Source: Amoebidium appalachense
Taxonomy: Eukaryota > Protista > Ichthyosporea
DNA length: 64,000 nt
Direction: 5' to 3'
Assembly (NCBI GenBank): GCA_963693365.1
Contig: CAVNZM010000013.1
Location: 3,376,722-3,440,721, forward strand
Under the pieces are notes generated by a model that was given only the letters and a program-made list of their open reading frames with translations, had not been told where the DNA came from and made no database searches. Shown here piece by piece: positions 41,673-59,167 of the stretch. Position 1 is the first letter of the stretch. The number at the start of each line of letters is the position of its first letter. Both the position numbers and the translations under genes were made by a program.

Positions 41673-41851
41673 GATATATATATATATATATACTGTATGA
41701 TATATATATCAGTATTAGGGTAGCTATATTAGATCGATGTCGTAGTATACATTAACACGGTGTACATTTATAGTTCTACCGTACATGCAATGTGCTAGGC
41801 ATCTCAGTATTACTAACTCCCACTGACTCCTGGCTGATTCAATCATCATTA

Positions 41852-41936
41852 CCGGTAACTAAGCTCGATACTAATTAGTCATCGTATCCTTTAACGGTAA
41901 CTAAGCTCGATACTAATAAGTCATCGTATCCTTTAA
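41852..41936. repeat. 42-bp tandem duplication
   Basis: CGGTAACTAAGCTCGATACTAAT(T/A)AGTCATCGTATCCTTTAA occurs twice. Confidence 0.9.
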
Positions 41937-43029
41937 ATTTAGCATGAAGGGCTTCAGGTCTGTTCAGCATATCCGTCCGAGCTGACGCTATGATATTATA
42001 CACACCCCATTCGTACACAAGTAAAAAGATGCCTTGCCATGTTTCGGCATGCACAAGTATGTATTACTACGGTCACGGCTAGAGCATATCACACCATGAT
42101 ATCTCTGTATGTATGCATTATTTTACTAATAGACAGCTGAAATAGGTTTATAGCAAACAAAGGTGCTTGGACATACGTGCGTGGCTGGAGTGTAGGAGAA
42201 GGCATGGGGAACCGCGTGCACCGGTATCACCATCTATCTACACTGCACATGTTATTCATTTTGAGCGGAAAGAAACTATACACGTAGGCCCGGAGGAAAA
42301 TGCAAGCCAAACAGCAAGGAATTGGGAGGATATGTACGAGGGGTTTACGCAGTTTACATATATAAAAAAAATTGGGAGGGAGGGAGGGAGGGAGGGAGAG
42401 AGGGAAGGAGGGACGGAGTGGGCCCCGCAGATGGGGAGGGGAGTGTCCAGTTTGCATATATAATGACTGTCTTCCATGTACTATACTTGCATTTGAGCAG
42501 AAAGAAACATATCAGGCCAGGAGGAAAATGCAAGCCAAAGACTCAAAGCCAAAATCAGGGCTCGACGTAGTTAACAGACATGCAAATTTTTTTGTTTAAA
42601 GAATCTGGAAACACCGAATATTTAAGGTATCACATTAATTTTATGTTGTTGCTACTATTGGTATTAAAAACTATTGCTATTACAAACATTAGCCATGCAT
42701 ATGGTCCATTGCAAGACAGATAAACTTTAAACCTCAAAGTCACAAAATATATCTACACAACTGTAACTTACCGTTAACACCCTTACCAACCAACCGAGAT
42801 CCCCCCCCCCCCCCCCCGGGTGTTCGTAAAATTGCATCATTCCCTGTTTGTGTGTGAGCGTGCGTGCGCGTGAGTGTATGTGTGTGTGTGTGAGTGTGTG
42901 TGTGTGCAACTTCCTGTGTGCTGTGAAACGACTCTATCAGTAGACTAAGCCCTTGTCAACCATAAAAGCATTTCAAGTCGGGTCCTACGCAGATGATGAG
43001 GGTCACATGGAAATGTGGCCTTAACGCTC

Positions 43030-43083
<54 letters not shown>

Positions 43084-43492
43084 CCTATGCGTGTGCGCGT
43101 GCACACACATCCCTGTGTGTTTGTGTGTGCGTATATGCGTGTGCATGTGTCTTTGTGCACTTGAGCACGTGTGTTCATGCGTGGGGGAAGCAGTGGTGTA
43201 AACTATACGCGGCACAGTCACCGTGCCCCGTCGGGATTCGATCCAGAAAACTCACAGCTCCGGGGTAGGAGTGTCTCTGCTAAACCAAAAAGTACGCACG
43301 ATGATGGCTGATTCACATGCAGCTTTTGTTCCGGAGCCGATCAAGGACTTGGAACTGAGAAACGGATCCAAGAGTAAGTGAGCACGAGAACAGTGAGAGT
43401 TTACATCCGAGGAGGAGATACAGTGGGGGGGGGGGGGGGGGGGGGGGGGAAGAGAGAGATAGCAAGGAAGCACGTGAGGGAGGGAGTAAAGG

Positions 43493-43541
<49 letters not shown>

Positions 43542-43787
43542 AAGAGAGAGACTGAGGGTCCGAGTGAAGAAAGAAAGAGTGGAAGAAAGAGAGAAGGGGG
43601 GGGGGGGGAGGGGGGACAGGGGGGGAGAATGACAGACAGACGGGGGGGGGGGGGGGGGGGGGGGGGGCAGAGAGAGAGAGAGCAAGTGTGTGTATAGGGA
43701 GGACAGATAGAACATATGTACGTGTGCTTTTTGCATTTTTTTGGCGCGCAGGGGGGTGGGGTGGGGTGGGGTGGGGTGGGGTGGGGT

Positions 43788-43835
<48 letters not shown>

Positions 43836-44524
43836 GAAAATGACGAGAGAGAGAGAGGAAGAGAGCAACTGAGTATGAGTTAGTGAGTATGTGCGTGTGT
43901 GTGTGCATGTGTACCCGAGCGTGGTTGTGGTGGTGGGGGAAGAGGGGGGGGGGGGGGGGGGGGGGGGAGGGGCAAAGAGAGGCTCTTGAACAGAACACCA
44001 GAGGCAATGTATTGGCATTCACAGAATTTCACACGTAAACAACGGAGGCTGGGAGGGGGGCTTGAGAGTGAGGGGAAATGGCCGAGTGGATTGATGGGTG
44101 GGTGGGTGGTGGTGGTGGTGTTGGTGGTGGCGGTGGGGGGGGGGGGGGGGTGGGGAGGAGCATAGGAGGAGGGGAATGTAGAAAGGAATGCTTGGAGCTG
44201 TGAGAGCGAGGCAATGCTGACTACCCAAACTGTAAAAAAAAAAAAAAAAAGAAACAAACCAAATGAACGTGCCTATGACCGGGGTTTCGGTGAAAGGGGC
44301 GCAGGGGGGAGGGGGAGGGGGGGGGGGAGGGGGGGAGGACAGGGGAGGCGGGGGGAAGGAGGGGGAGGGGGGGGGGGGTTGTGATAGCAAGGGAGTGAGG
44401 GTGACAGAGGGAGGACGAGAGAGAGGAGCCAAAGACAGAGGAAGGGGTGGAGTAAGGGAAGGAGGAGAGAGAGACAGACAGCAAGGGAGAAAGAGGTAGT
44501 CAGGGAGGGACGGACAGGACAGCC

Positions 44525-44599
<75 letters not shown>

Positions 44600-44648
44600 A
44601 GGCTTCTTTTCTGCAGTGTGTGTGTGTGTGTGTGTGGGGCGGGGCGGG

Positions 44649-44683
<35 letters not shown>

Positions 44684-44912
44684 GGGAGTGTGTAGCCAAA
44701 GTACCTAGGTCATCCATTTCCTCTACAATTCATTGGGGCCGAAGTTGGGGTGGCTGATGGCGGCTGTCAATGTGTGTGTGTGTGTGTATGTGTGCATGTG
44801 TCCCTGTGTTAGGAGGGATCTGAAAGCAAACCAAAACCGAGGTACACAAAGATAAGAACGATAACACCTGGGACGTGTACAACAAAAAATAAATATACGT
44901 ACGGTTTGTGTG

Positions 44913-44952
<40 letters not shown>

Positions 44953-45322
44953 TACGTGTACGCACGCACACATGTGTATGCATGCAAGTGTCTGCACATA
45001 TTCTAATTCCTGTATGGGAAGGTGCACGACGGCATGATTGTGTTGAAGTATCAATGCGAGTATGTGAGATGAGCTAAGCAAGTGGGTTAGTGAGGGAGCA
45101 GGGGAATGAGGAAGCAAGCATGTGTGGAGTATGTGTGTGTGTACGCGTGTGCAGGCGTGTACGTGTTTGGAGCCCTACGTGTGCATATGGGTATGTGTTG
45201 TGTGTGTGTGTTTATGTTTGTGTGTGTGTGTGTGCGTGGGGGGGGGGGGGGGGGGGAGGGGGGGGGGGAGGGGGGGGGGGGGGGGTGTGTCTGCAGGTGT
45301 GTGTATGTTGTGTGTGTGTCTG

Positions 45323-45462
<140 letters not shown>

Positions 45463-45554
45463 CTGTTGGTGTGTGTATGTGTGTGTGTTTGGGGTGGGCG
45501 CGGGAAGGGGGGGGGGGGGGGAAGGGGGAACGGGAAGGGGGAGGGGGATGCTAC

Positions 45555-51516
<5,962 letters not shown>

Positions 51517-51608
51517 GGTTCTGGTGCTGCATACCTGTGTGCATGGGTTAGTACGTGTGTGAAGTCATTTAGAGGGGCATCATGTGGTCGTGCACACCGA
51601 TATGTCGT

Positions 51609-51663
<55 letters not shown>

Positions 51664-51846
51664 CTGTGTGTGTGTTCTGCGCGCCCCCCGGGTACAGTGT
51701 GCACATGCGGCTTGTGTGTGCGTGCATCTCTCTCTCTCTCTCTCTGTGTGTGTGTATGTGTTTATACGTGCCCTTAGGCTGGTATGTGTTTATACGTGTC
51801 CTTGGGCTGTGTAGTGTGTGCATGTGCACGTGCATGCCTGTGTGCC

Positions 51847-51880
<34 letters not shown>

Positions 51881-52252
51881 TTGCACACCAACGTAACTGT
51901 TATATTAGGTATGCATCCCACTGCAGCACAAGAACCCGTAATGACAATGGGAAGCACACATACAAGGCGTTCTTTGTCCCTGTGTGTGCCTTTGCCATTG
52001 TGCACTCCATAACCTAATCAGACCCAGCCAAGAAATGTTTTGCTGTTCAGCGATGCAGACCACAGGGCCTACAAAGGGAGAACAAGATCCGCACAGGGCC
52101 CATAAATGGAGAGCCATGAGGAGTTAGGTTGCAGGACACATGGATGCATGGTAAGGTTGAGGACAGGAAGGAGGAGATGGAAAAGAAAGTGCGTGCGTGT
52201 GTTCGCGCGTGCGTGTGTGTGTGTCCGCACGCGCGCGTTTGTCTCTCTCTCC

Positions 52253-52334
<82 letters not shown>

Positions 52335-52397
52335 GGGGGCATCAAATAATAGAGTGTGGCTGTGGTTGTAGTAGTGGTGCCGAATGCGCGTTCGCCG

Positions 52398-52432
<35 letters not shown>

Positions 52433-52611
52433 TGGCGGGAAATTACAAAAGCACCGAATACAACGAAGGAAGAAAGTGATAGCTTCAAATTCAAGTGTTA
52501 AACACTGACGACTTTGTGAAAGGAAAAAGTTCTTGCATCACTGCAAGAAGGGGGGAATGGGAGGGATGAGGGAGGTTGTGAGGAGGGAGGGGGGAGGGCG
52601 GGGTGGTGAGC

Positions 52612-52642
<31 letters not shown>

Positions 52643-53440
52643 GGCGGGGGGCAGGCTGAGAAGAGTGATTGCAGGAGGTGGGGAAGCCAGGGGTTGAGAA
52701 GGTGCATGGGAGAGACGTGTACCCAAAAAATAGAAGAGTCGGGAATGGCTTCATGAGCGCATACCCTAGCTAGGCACGAAAGTGGAGGGGGAAAAAACGA
52801 GTTCACTTAAAAGGGTGGGGCAAGAACCATTCTAGCCTGCCTAAGAGCTGGGTAAATAAATTGGGGTGGGTTGAATGTATGCCTAAGAACCCCCCCCCCC
52901 GCTCGCCCCCCCCCCCCCCCCCCTCCCCCTCCCCCTCTCCACCCGCACACACACACACATACCATACGCAAGTTACCCTTCTCCTGTCCTGGTCTCCCAC
53001 GGGCTTCCATTTTACAGACTTAGCTCAACCCAACCGTTTGCAACACTCTCAAGTTTCAGTTCCTTATCATAGCAACGCGGTTGAATTAGTAGTGCCACGG
53101 GTAAGCTGATTGCAGCACAAGTCGATTTCAGATGGCTTTTCTCGATGTATGGCTATATGTCTGTTGTAACGTTATTGTTGTACAACACTACTGACGGAGG
53201 GTAAACTCTTGTGTGATGCGTGTCAAAGAAGAATTGGAAGGTAACCTATCGTGGGAAAATGGCAGAGTAGCCCATTCTGCTTGCATGTGCTCAACGAGAA
53301 CGGTTTAAGAATTGTCCCAGGCTACTTACGTAATGTAAGTCCCCTAATAAAACAGTGAAGCAGCCTTCAACCCTTCACTAACGTCAAAACAATCATCCGC
53401 GGCTAATGGCTTACCTGAAATGAGAGTAGTCACTCAGAGC

Positions 53441-54009
53441 TTCAAAGGGGCCGTACAACCAGCACGCATGTTCAAAAAGGGACACGCTAGGAGCTGAAAA
53501 AAGCGTAAGCACCTAGCTGAGCCTGTTTATGAAACCTGATGTTGTATCCGAACTCAGCAGCACATGATGTAGATTAACATCGTGCACCGTTCGACATGAG
53601 CAAATTCAGAACGAGCAGTGCCAATTTACCTATCTGAGCAGGTTGTAAACTAATAATCCAGACCAGATGCTCATTACTAACAACGGACCAGATGCTCATT
53701 ACTAACAACGATATGATGGCCCCTTCAAAGTTTTTTTTCCGGGATCGAGGCCTGGCACGTACTGACGGTGCCTGGGCTGCTTTGAACTTGCCGTTCGCCT
53801 CACACCCGCCTCACACTATTTTTCCTTACACTCTCGCGACCGCGTGCATGCTTTCTCTCGCGGCGGCTCTACGGTCCCGAGAGTCCAGTGTTCGCTGTGT
53901 GTGTAAGGAAAAATACGAGTCACCTCAGTAGGTGACAGGATCGATCGAGGCCTGTCACAGCTGAAGTGAGGTGCGCAGCGCTGGCCACACGTTTGAAATC
54001 AGCGCGAAA
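53441..54009 (-). promoter_or_regulatory. Cell-cycle-type promoter cluster (CHR x5, MYB-like AACGG, E2F-like TTTCGCGC)
   Basis: TTCAAA/TTTGAA at 53441, 53471, 53724, 53781 and 53992; CCGTT 53791-53795; GCGCGAAA 54002-54009; upstream of the 45-51 kb gene. Confidence 0.45.
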
Positions 54010-54763
54010 TCAGATAACCCAAAAATGACTAAACATTAGATGATTTACTGTTTTGGGTTAGTATTTGAAGCCATTTATTGGGCCTCATTTCAAGAGCTGT
54101 AACCGTTGCTGGCAGCCAAGCCTTCGGTCGTCACTCCGACCGCTGCAGCGGCCCGGGCAGCGGCAGCTGCGCAGCTGGCCGCTGCACTGATGTGGCTGCG
54201 CTTCTCAGTTGAAAGGGACTCACGGATAAGGCCATGCAAATAAACAAACTGGATTCTTTATATGGGAGTCGGAATTGATAGTGAAAAAGCTCATGGAGCT
54301 CGTTGGGGAAGGTGGAGGAAATGGAGGGAGGGGAGGGAGGGAGGGAAGCTTAAGGGGGAGGGGAGGGGGGGGGGAGGGGGGGGAGGGGGGGGGGGGGTAA
54401 GGGGGGGAGGTCTGAAGTTCTGAACGTGTGTGTACTCAAACACATCATATGCAAACGCATCCCGGGGCAGGCATAACCGGCGGAGTCGGTGTCGTACCAC
54501 AAAATTAAGAAATATGGCCTGGAAGATTGACAGGCTGAAACACTGCAGATTTGAAGCGACGCGCCGGGGGCAGAACGAAATACCCGGATAGTTATGTTGT
54601 GGTGACCTGGTTCCGGACGCGCACAGGGTGACGCCAGTGGGAAAAGGTGAAGGCCGCACTGGGCAAACACTCTATACAGCGAAGGGGAAGGGGAGACAGT
54701 GAGGAGGGGGGAGTAGGGAGGGGAAGGGAGGAGAAGAAATTCGAAGTTAGTGTGTTTTTTTGT

Positions 54764-54806
<43 letters not shown>

Positions 54807-55880
54807 GTGGGGGGGTGAATATGTGTATGTGGGGGCCGGTGGGGGGCGGGGACTCCGGGGGGAGGGGGAGGGGAGGAGGCGAGAGGGAAGGGGTTGGTGT
54901 GTGAGTGTTTGAGTGTGTGCGTGTGTGTGTGTCGAGTTTGAGCGTGAGTACCTGTGTGTGTGTGTGTGTGTGCGTGTGTGTGTGCGTGTGTGTGTGTGTG
55001 TGCAACACAAAGAAATATAATCAAGTAGCATTTTGCGAGTTTGAGAAGTGGCTTCCAGACGTTTATCGTACGAGGTGCTTTCGTTTATCGTACGAAGTGC
55101 TTTCGCAGGACACAGTTTCACTATTTAATATAACCGTATTGATGAGATAGTCCGCTCTTAAGTATAAGCTGGTTTAGATTATTAGTCTTATACCTAAGGA
55201 TACCAAATTACTGAATTTCCTCGACTATAGGAAGGTTAAATTTTACTATATGCTGAGACAACCTAAAACTTTAAGTATTCTATAAGAGTGATGATCTTAA
55301 AAATATAGCAATAGGTAATTAGCAAGAAACTAATGTAGATAAAGATCTATTAGTAGGTTCCTCAGAGACTACACGTGTTGCTCCGTTTAGCTTAGCAAGT
55401 TGTAAGGCACAGGGGTGAAAAATGCGGAGTAGCTGCTGGCTGGGGCAAGAAACAGTGATTGTGATCCGGAAGAAAGAGGGGGGGGGGGCTCGGCGGCGGC
55501 GGAGGGGGGAGGGGGGAGGGGGAGGGGGGGGGGGGGGAGGCGGGGTTTTGCAAGATTAAAAACACTTTGCGAGACCAGGTGACCGGGAAAACGGGCAGAG
55601 TGTAGTACCAAAACACTTGTGGGAGCGCGCACCAAAAACATATCAAACAGGAGCTTATTGCTTCGGAGAAAGGGAAACCAGGGATAAAGCGTTTAAAAAA
55701 ACACCAAAACCACGAAGAAAAACAACGTGAGGGGCCATCATTCGTCTGTACGTTTATGTATTTCCGTTCAGTGCTGCACCAAGGCAGTCACACCACAACC
55801 AAAAAAAAACATACAGCTGATAAATAACATAAAAACATATCTTCACATTCGAAAGGGCGCCTACGCGCCAGTCATACATG

Positions 55881-56750
55881 CTATGATACTTTGAACGCCG
55901 TGAGCGCCAGGGCCCATTCCTTGCTGCACTGCCCCTCAAGGGGCGCACAGCGGGCGCTGCGCACGGCGACCTCAGGCTTGCAAGCCGTCACCTTCGAGAA
56001 CATTCTCGAGCCACGACCAGTCGTCGTCAGCAAAAAGAAGGTCCACATCGAAGCCGAAGCCGTCAGCACTGCCCAAGAAAACATCAGGAAGGAGAAGAGG
56101 GTCTCCTGCTGCAGAGGAGATGCGAGTGCGGCAGACTCGCAAGAGTACCCACTGTCCTGCCCGAGCCCGGCAACTGAGGCCCAAGAGGTAAGGTCAAGAT
56201 TACACGGTTCGGCAGGCGCTGTCAGGTCGGCTGACGGCGCCATGTCGTCAAGTGGCGGCAAACCAAGAAGAACATCGTCGTCGAACTCGATGTTGGAGAC
56301 GGAAAGGTCGTCGTCGGAAAGCGACCTCGAGTCCGACACCGTAAATGCCGAGGAGGGTGAAGGGCACGAATCGGTCTCAGAAGACGTGGAGAGGGGTGAA
56401 CCCACATATGGTGGCGTAGAAGGCTCTGCTTTCACATCAACAAGCGTGCCTTCAGGCAACAAATGCGCATATGCCTTCTTGATTTCACCAATTTCTGCGA
56501 AAAGTTTCGCGTTTTCAACTTCGAGACGAGCCACCGTTTCTTCGAGTGTCTTCACGTAGTTCTTTTGGCGGTCGCGTACCCGTTGAGCGGAAATGCGGTT
56601 TTGCAGCGTGCGTGGCACGGCTCCCCTTGGGGCGCGCTTTGCCTTTAAAGTTTTCTCGGGCTCGGTGGGTGCTGCATATACACCGAGCCCCAATTGGTTA
56701 TGGACAGGGGCCGGAAGAGGGTGGTAGGGAAGCCATCTTGGGGCGAACAT
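55881..56750 (-). CDS. XBP1: XBP1/HAC1-family bZIP transcription factor (UPR); unspliced form 289 aa (stop 55881), IRE1-spliced form 252 aa (stop 55972)
   Basis: bZIP RTLQNRISAQRVRDRQKNYVKTLEETVARLEVENAKLFAEI. ESAALASPLQQ matches the XBP1u splice-site peptide ESAAL..PLQQ. Twin stem-loops at 56102-56141. First in-frame ATG at 56750. Confidence 0.92.
   Translation of the reverse strand: MFAPRWLPYHPLPAPVHNQLGLGVYAAPTEPEKTLKAKRAPRGAVPRTLQNRISAQRVRDRQKNYVKTLEETVARLEVENAKLFAEIGEIKKAYAHLLPEGTLVDVKAEPSTPPYVGSPLSTSSETDSCPSPSSAFTVSDSRSLSDDDLSVSNIEFDDDVLLGLPPLDDMAPSADLTAPAEPCNLDLTSWASVAGLGQDSGYSCESAALASPLQQETLFSFLMFSWAVLTASASMWTFFLLTTTGRGSRMFSKVTACKPEVAVRSARCAPLEGQCSKEWALALTAFKVS
56112..56131 (-). other. 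20-nt unconventional (IRE1-cleaved) intron CCGCACUCGCAUCUCCUCUG
   Basis: Minus strand TGCGAGT-CTG|CCGC-ACTCGCA (7-bp stem, 7-nt loop) is directly followed by TCTCCT-CTG|CAGC-AGGAGA (6-bp stem, 7-nt loop). Both loops fit the CNG|CNG IRE1 consensus. Confidence 0.93.
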
Positions 56751-57142
56751 CGCCAAAAGGCGATCGTGCGTTGTAAAGAATTAACTATATAACACCAGCA
56801 CGGATGGTAACGTAGCTGTTAGAGTTCCAAGATAAAGCTAGAAGTAGGCATGTCAATCAGCACAAACTGAAACACCGAGTACGAGTCGCAGAAATGCCAC
56901 GGTCACATATCCAACGTTTGCCTGTTTGCCGTTCTCTCTGCAAAAGCTCCCGCTTTTGAGTGGAGCGCATGGATATCTGAAAAATCTCTCTAAACTCTAT
57001 GCAGAAGGGGTAACATATTTAGAATTGTATATGGCCGTATAAATATTTCTATGTTTAAAATAACTCCTTATAGAATTTCAGAACCCCATTTTGTTCTCAA
57101 ACAACGAAAGGTATTTGAAGATTAATCTAGGATCTATCGTAA

Positions 57143-57548
57143 CCAATCAAATCGTGCTTGAATAACCGGGAAAAAACAGCGCCCAGCGCATTATTGTGAC
57201 ATTTCACCAATCCGATACCAGTTCAACGTCCGCGAAACATACCATGCAGGACACAGGAGTCTAACAAGCTCAATGCCCCGGCAGCTCGATGTATCACACG
57301 TAGGCCTATAAAGACCTCGACCTATAAAGAGAAGTTTTTATTCCTATACAATACTTCAGTTTTTTTTAGAGTACAGTTTGCCTGTCTGATTTTGAAGAAT
57401 TTCGTAAATGCTTAGTCATCGGCTGAGCCACGTACGCCCTGATGACGCTGGCGGTCGCTGAATGGCTGAGAAGAGCGAAGTAATTTCGCGAACGTGACGT
57501 CGACAGGGCCGCTAGCTGGTACTGGTGTAAGAGAGCCTCAATGACTCA
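57143..57548 (-). promoter_or_regulatory. bZIP-site cluster upstream of XBP1/HAC1 (TACGTG x2, TGACGTC, ATGACTCA, CCAAT x2)
   Basis: Plus strand: CACGTA 57297-57302, GCCACGTA 57427-57434, TGACGTC 57495-57501, ATGACTCA 57541-57548, CCAAT at about 57144 and 57207. Confidence 0.45.
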
Positions 57549-58329
57549 GACTTGACAGTCCCCCAGGAATCGCGGACCCGGTGGGTAGAGTTGCGCAGTC
57601 AAGCAAATTTTGTAAACTGTATGCCAAACATACGTTGAAGTTAACTGATGTCGGTTTCACATGATACCATGCATATGATGCCATGGTTCGCTGGCCATAA
57701 CTGAATTGGTTTGCATTCTTTATTCCTGAGCTGCCAGAGGCTCAGGCTTTATCCCTATAAGATAGTACGGTAATAATTTTAAACAAAGAACATAAGAAAG
57801 GAAGACCTTTAGAAACTTTAACAACCGCCACCCATATTAGTTCACAGAATTGCGACATTGTACTGTTGTGTCTTGCGATTTAAGCCAACCAAAATTCCCA
57901 GGACAATAGGGGGATAAGTGGCAATGACCGTGCAGATGACAAAATAAGTTCAAAGTGTCAGGAAAATTCAGGATGCATATGTCTGTGTTGTGCCTTTGGC
58001 CACGTATGGTATTTCATGTATGCTGAGCATGCAGGGTTATAAATGATATGTTACAGTACCTGTTCTTTGTTTGCTGTGTAGGGCAACTGCTATGATCCAA
58101 TTGAGTTAATTTATCATATGTATCCTGTTTTTCGGTGATTTGTGGCCATAAAATAACGGTCCCCCCTCCCCGCCCCGCCCCCCTCCCCACCTCCCCTATC
58201 TTTTCCACGGTATGTGTGTTTGTATGTGGGTGGGTATGTGTGTGTGTTTGTTTTGCATGTGTCAGTGTGTATGCGAATGTGTGTGTGTGTGTGTGTGTGT
58301 GTCACAGTGTGTGTAAGTGTGTGTGTGTG

Positions 58330-58699
58330 TGTATTGGTTTTTTTTTGGATGTTGGTGTCTTGTTGGGTATGTTGCTAATATAAGGAAAGAGACAGTATTT
58401 ACGTGCCTTCTTGTTCTTGTGTTTTTTCCCCCTTTTTTATCCCCGCTGCATGTCTTGCCACACCTGCACACATGTGCAAGGAGTACCACACACCTGCACA
58501 CGGGGTTGTCCTCTCTCCCCTTCCCCCCCCTCTTCCCCCCCCCCCCCCCCCCCCCCCTCGACCTTTCTTCCCCCCTGGTCCCACATCGTTTAGGTTTCAA
58601 ATGTGCGCGCTTGTGTGTTAAAGTGTGTGTGTGTGTTTGTGTGGGGGGAATGTGTGTGTGTGTGTGTCTGTTTTGCATGTGTGTGTGTATGCGAATGCG

Positions 58700-58754
<55 letters not shown>

Positions 58755-58797
58755 CACGATGTGCGTGTGTGTGTGTGTGTGTGTTATGTGTGTGTGT

Positions 58798-58828
<31 letters not shown>

Positions 58829-59167
58829 TGGTTTGTGGATGTTGGTGTCTTGTTGGGTATGTTGCTATATAAGGAAAGAGGCAGTATTTACGTGCCTTCT
58901 TGTTTTCAGAAGACTTGGAGTTTTTTTTTTCTTTTTTTCCCCGCTGCATGTCTTGCCACACCCACACACATGTGCAAGGACACGTGCACACGGGGTCGTC
59001 CACCCGCACACATGTGCAAGGAGTACCACACACGTGCACACGGGGCCGTCCTCTGTGGCACTCCTTGCACATGTGTGCGGGAAAAAAAAAAGAAAAAAAA
59101 AACCCTCAAGAACAAGAAGGCAAGTGTCACTTTCTTTATATAGCAACATACCCAACAAGACACCAAC
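58330..59167. repeat. Direct plus inverted repeat (fold-back/MITE-like) structure
   Basis: The unit GTTGGTGTCTTGTTGGGTATGTTGCTA..GCCTTCTTGTT..GCACACATGTGCAAGGAG occurs direct at about 58350 and 58840, and as its reverse complement at about 59055-59167. Confidence 0.85.

Noticed and set aside
42945-44763. Candidate terminal exons and micro-exons of the 45-51 kb gene (about 44705-44722, 44260-44275, 43256-43354, 43021-43030)
   Set aside because: Several phase-compatible paths exist, including a stop at 44723; they cannot be chosen between without RNA-seq.
54140-54186. GC-rich palindromes containing CTGCAG (IRE1/RIDD site?)
   Set aside because: The CTGCAG is not presented in a 7-nt loop and lies outside any predicted mRNA.
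55891-56559. 222-aa plus-strand ORF over the bZIP gene
   Set aside because: Antisense shadow of a GC3-rich CDS, with no ATG start or recognisable motif.
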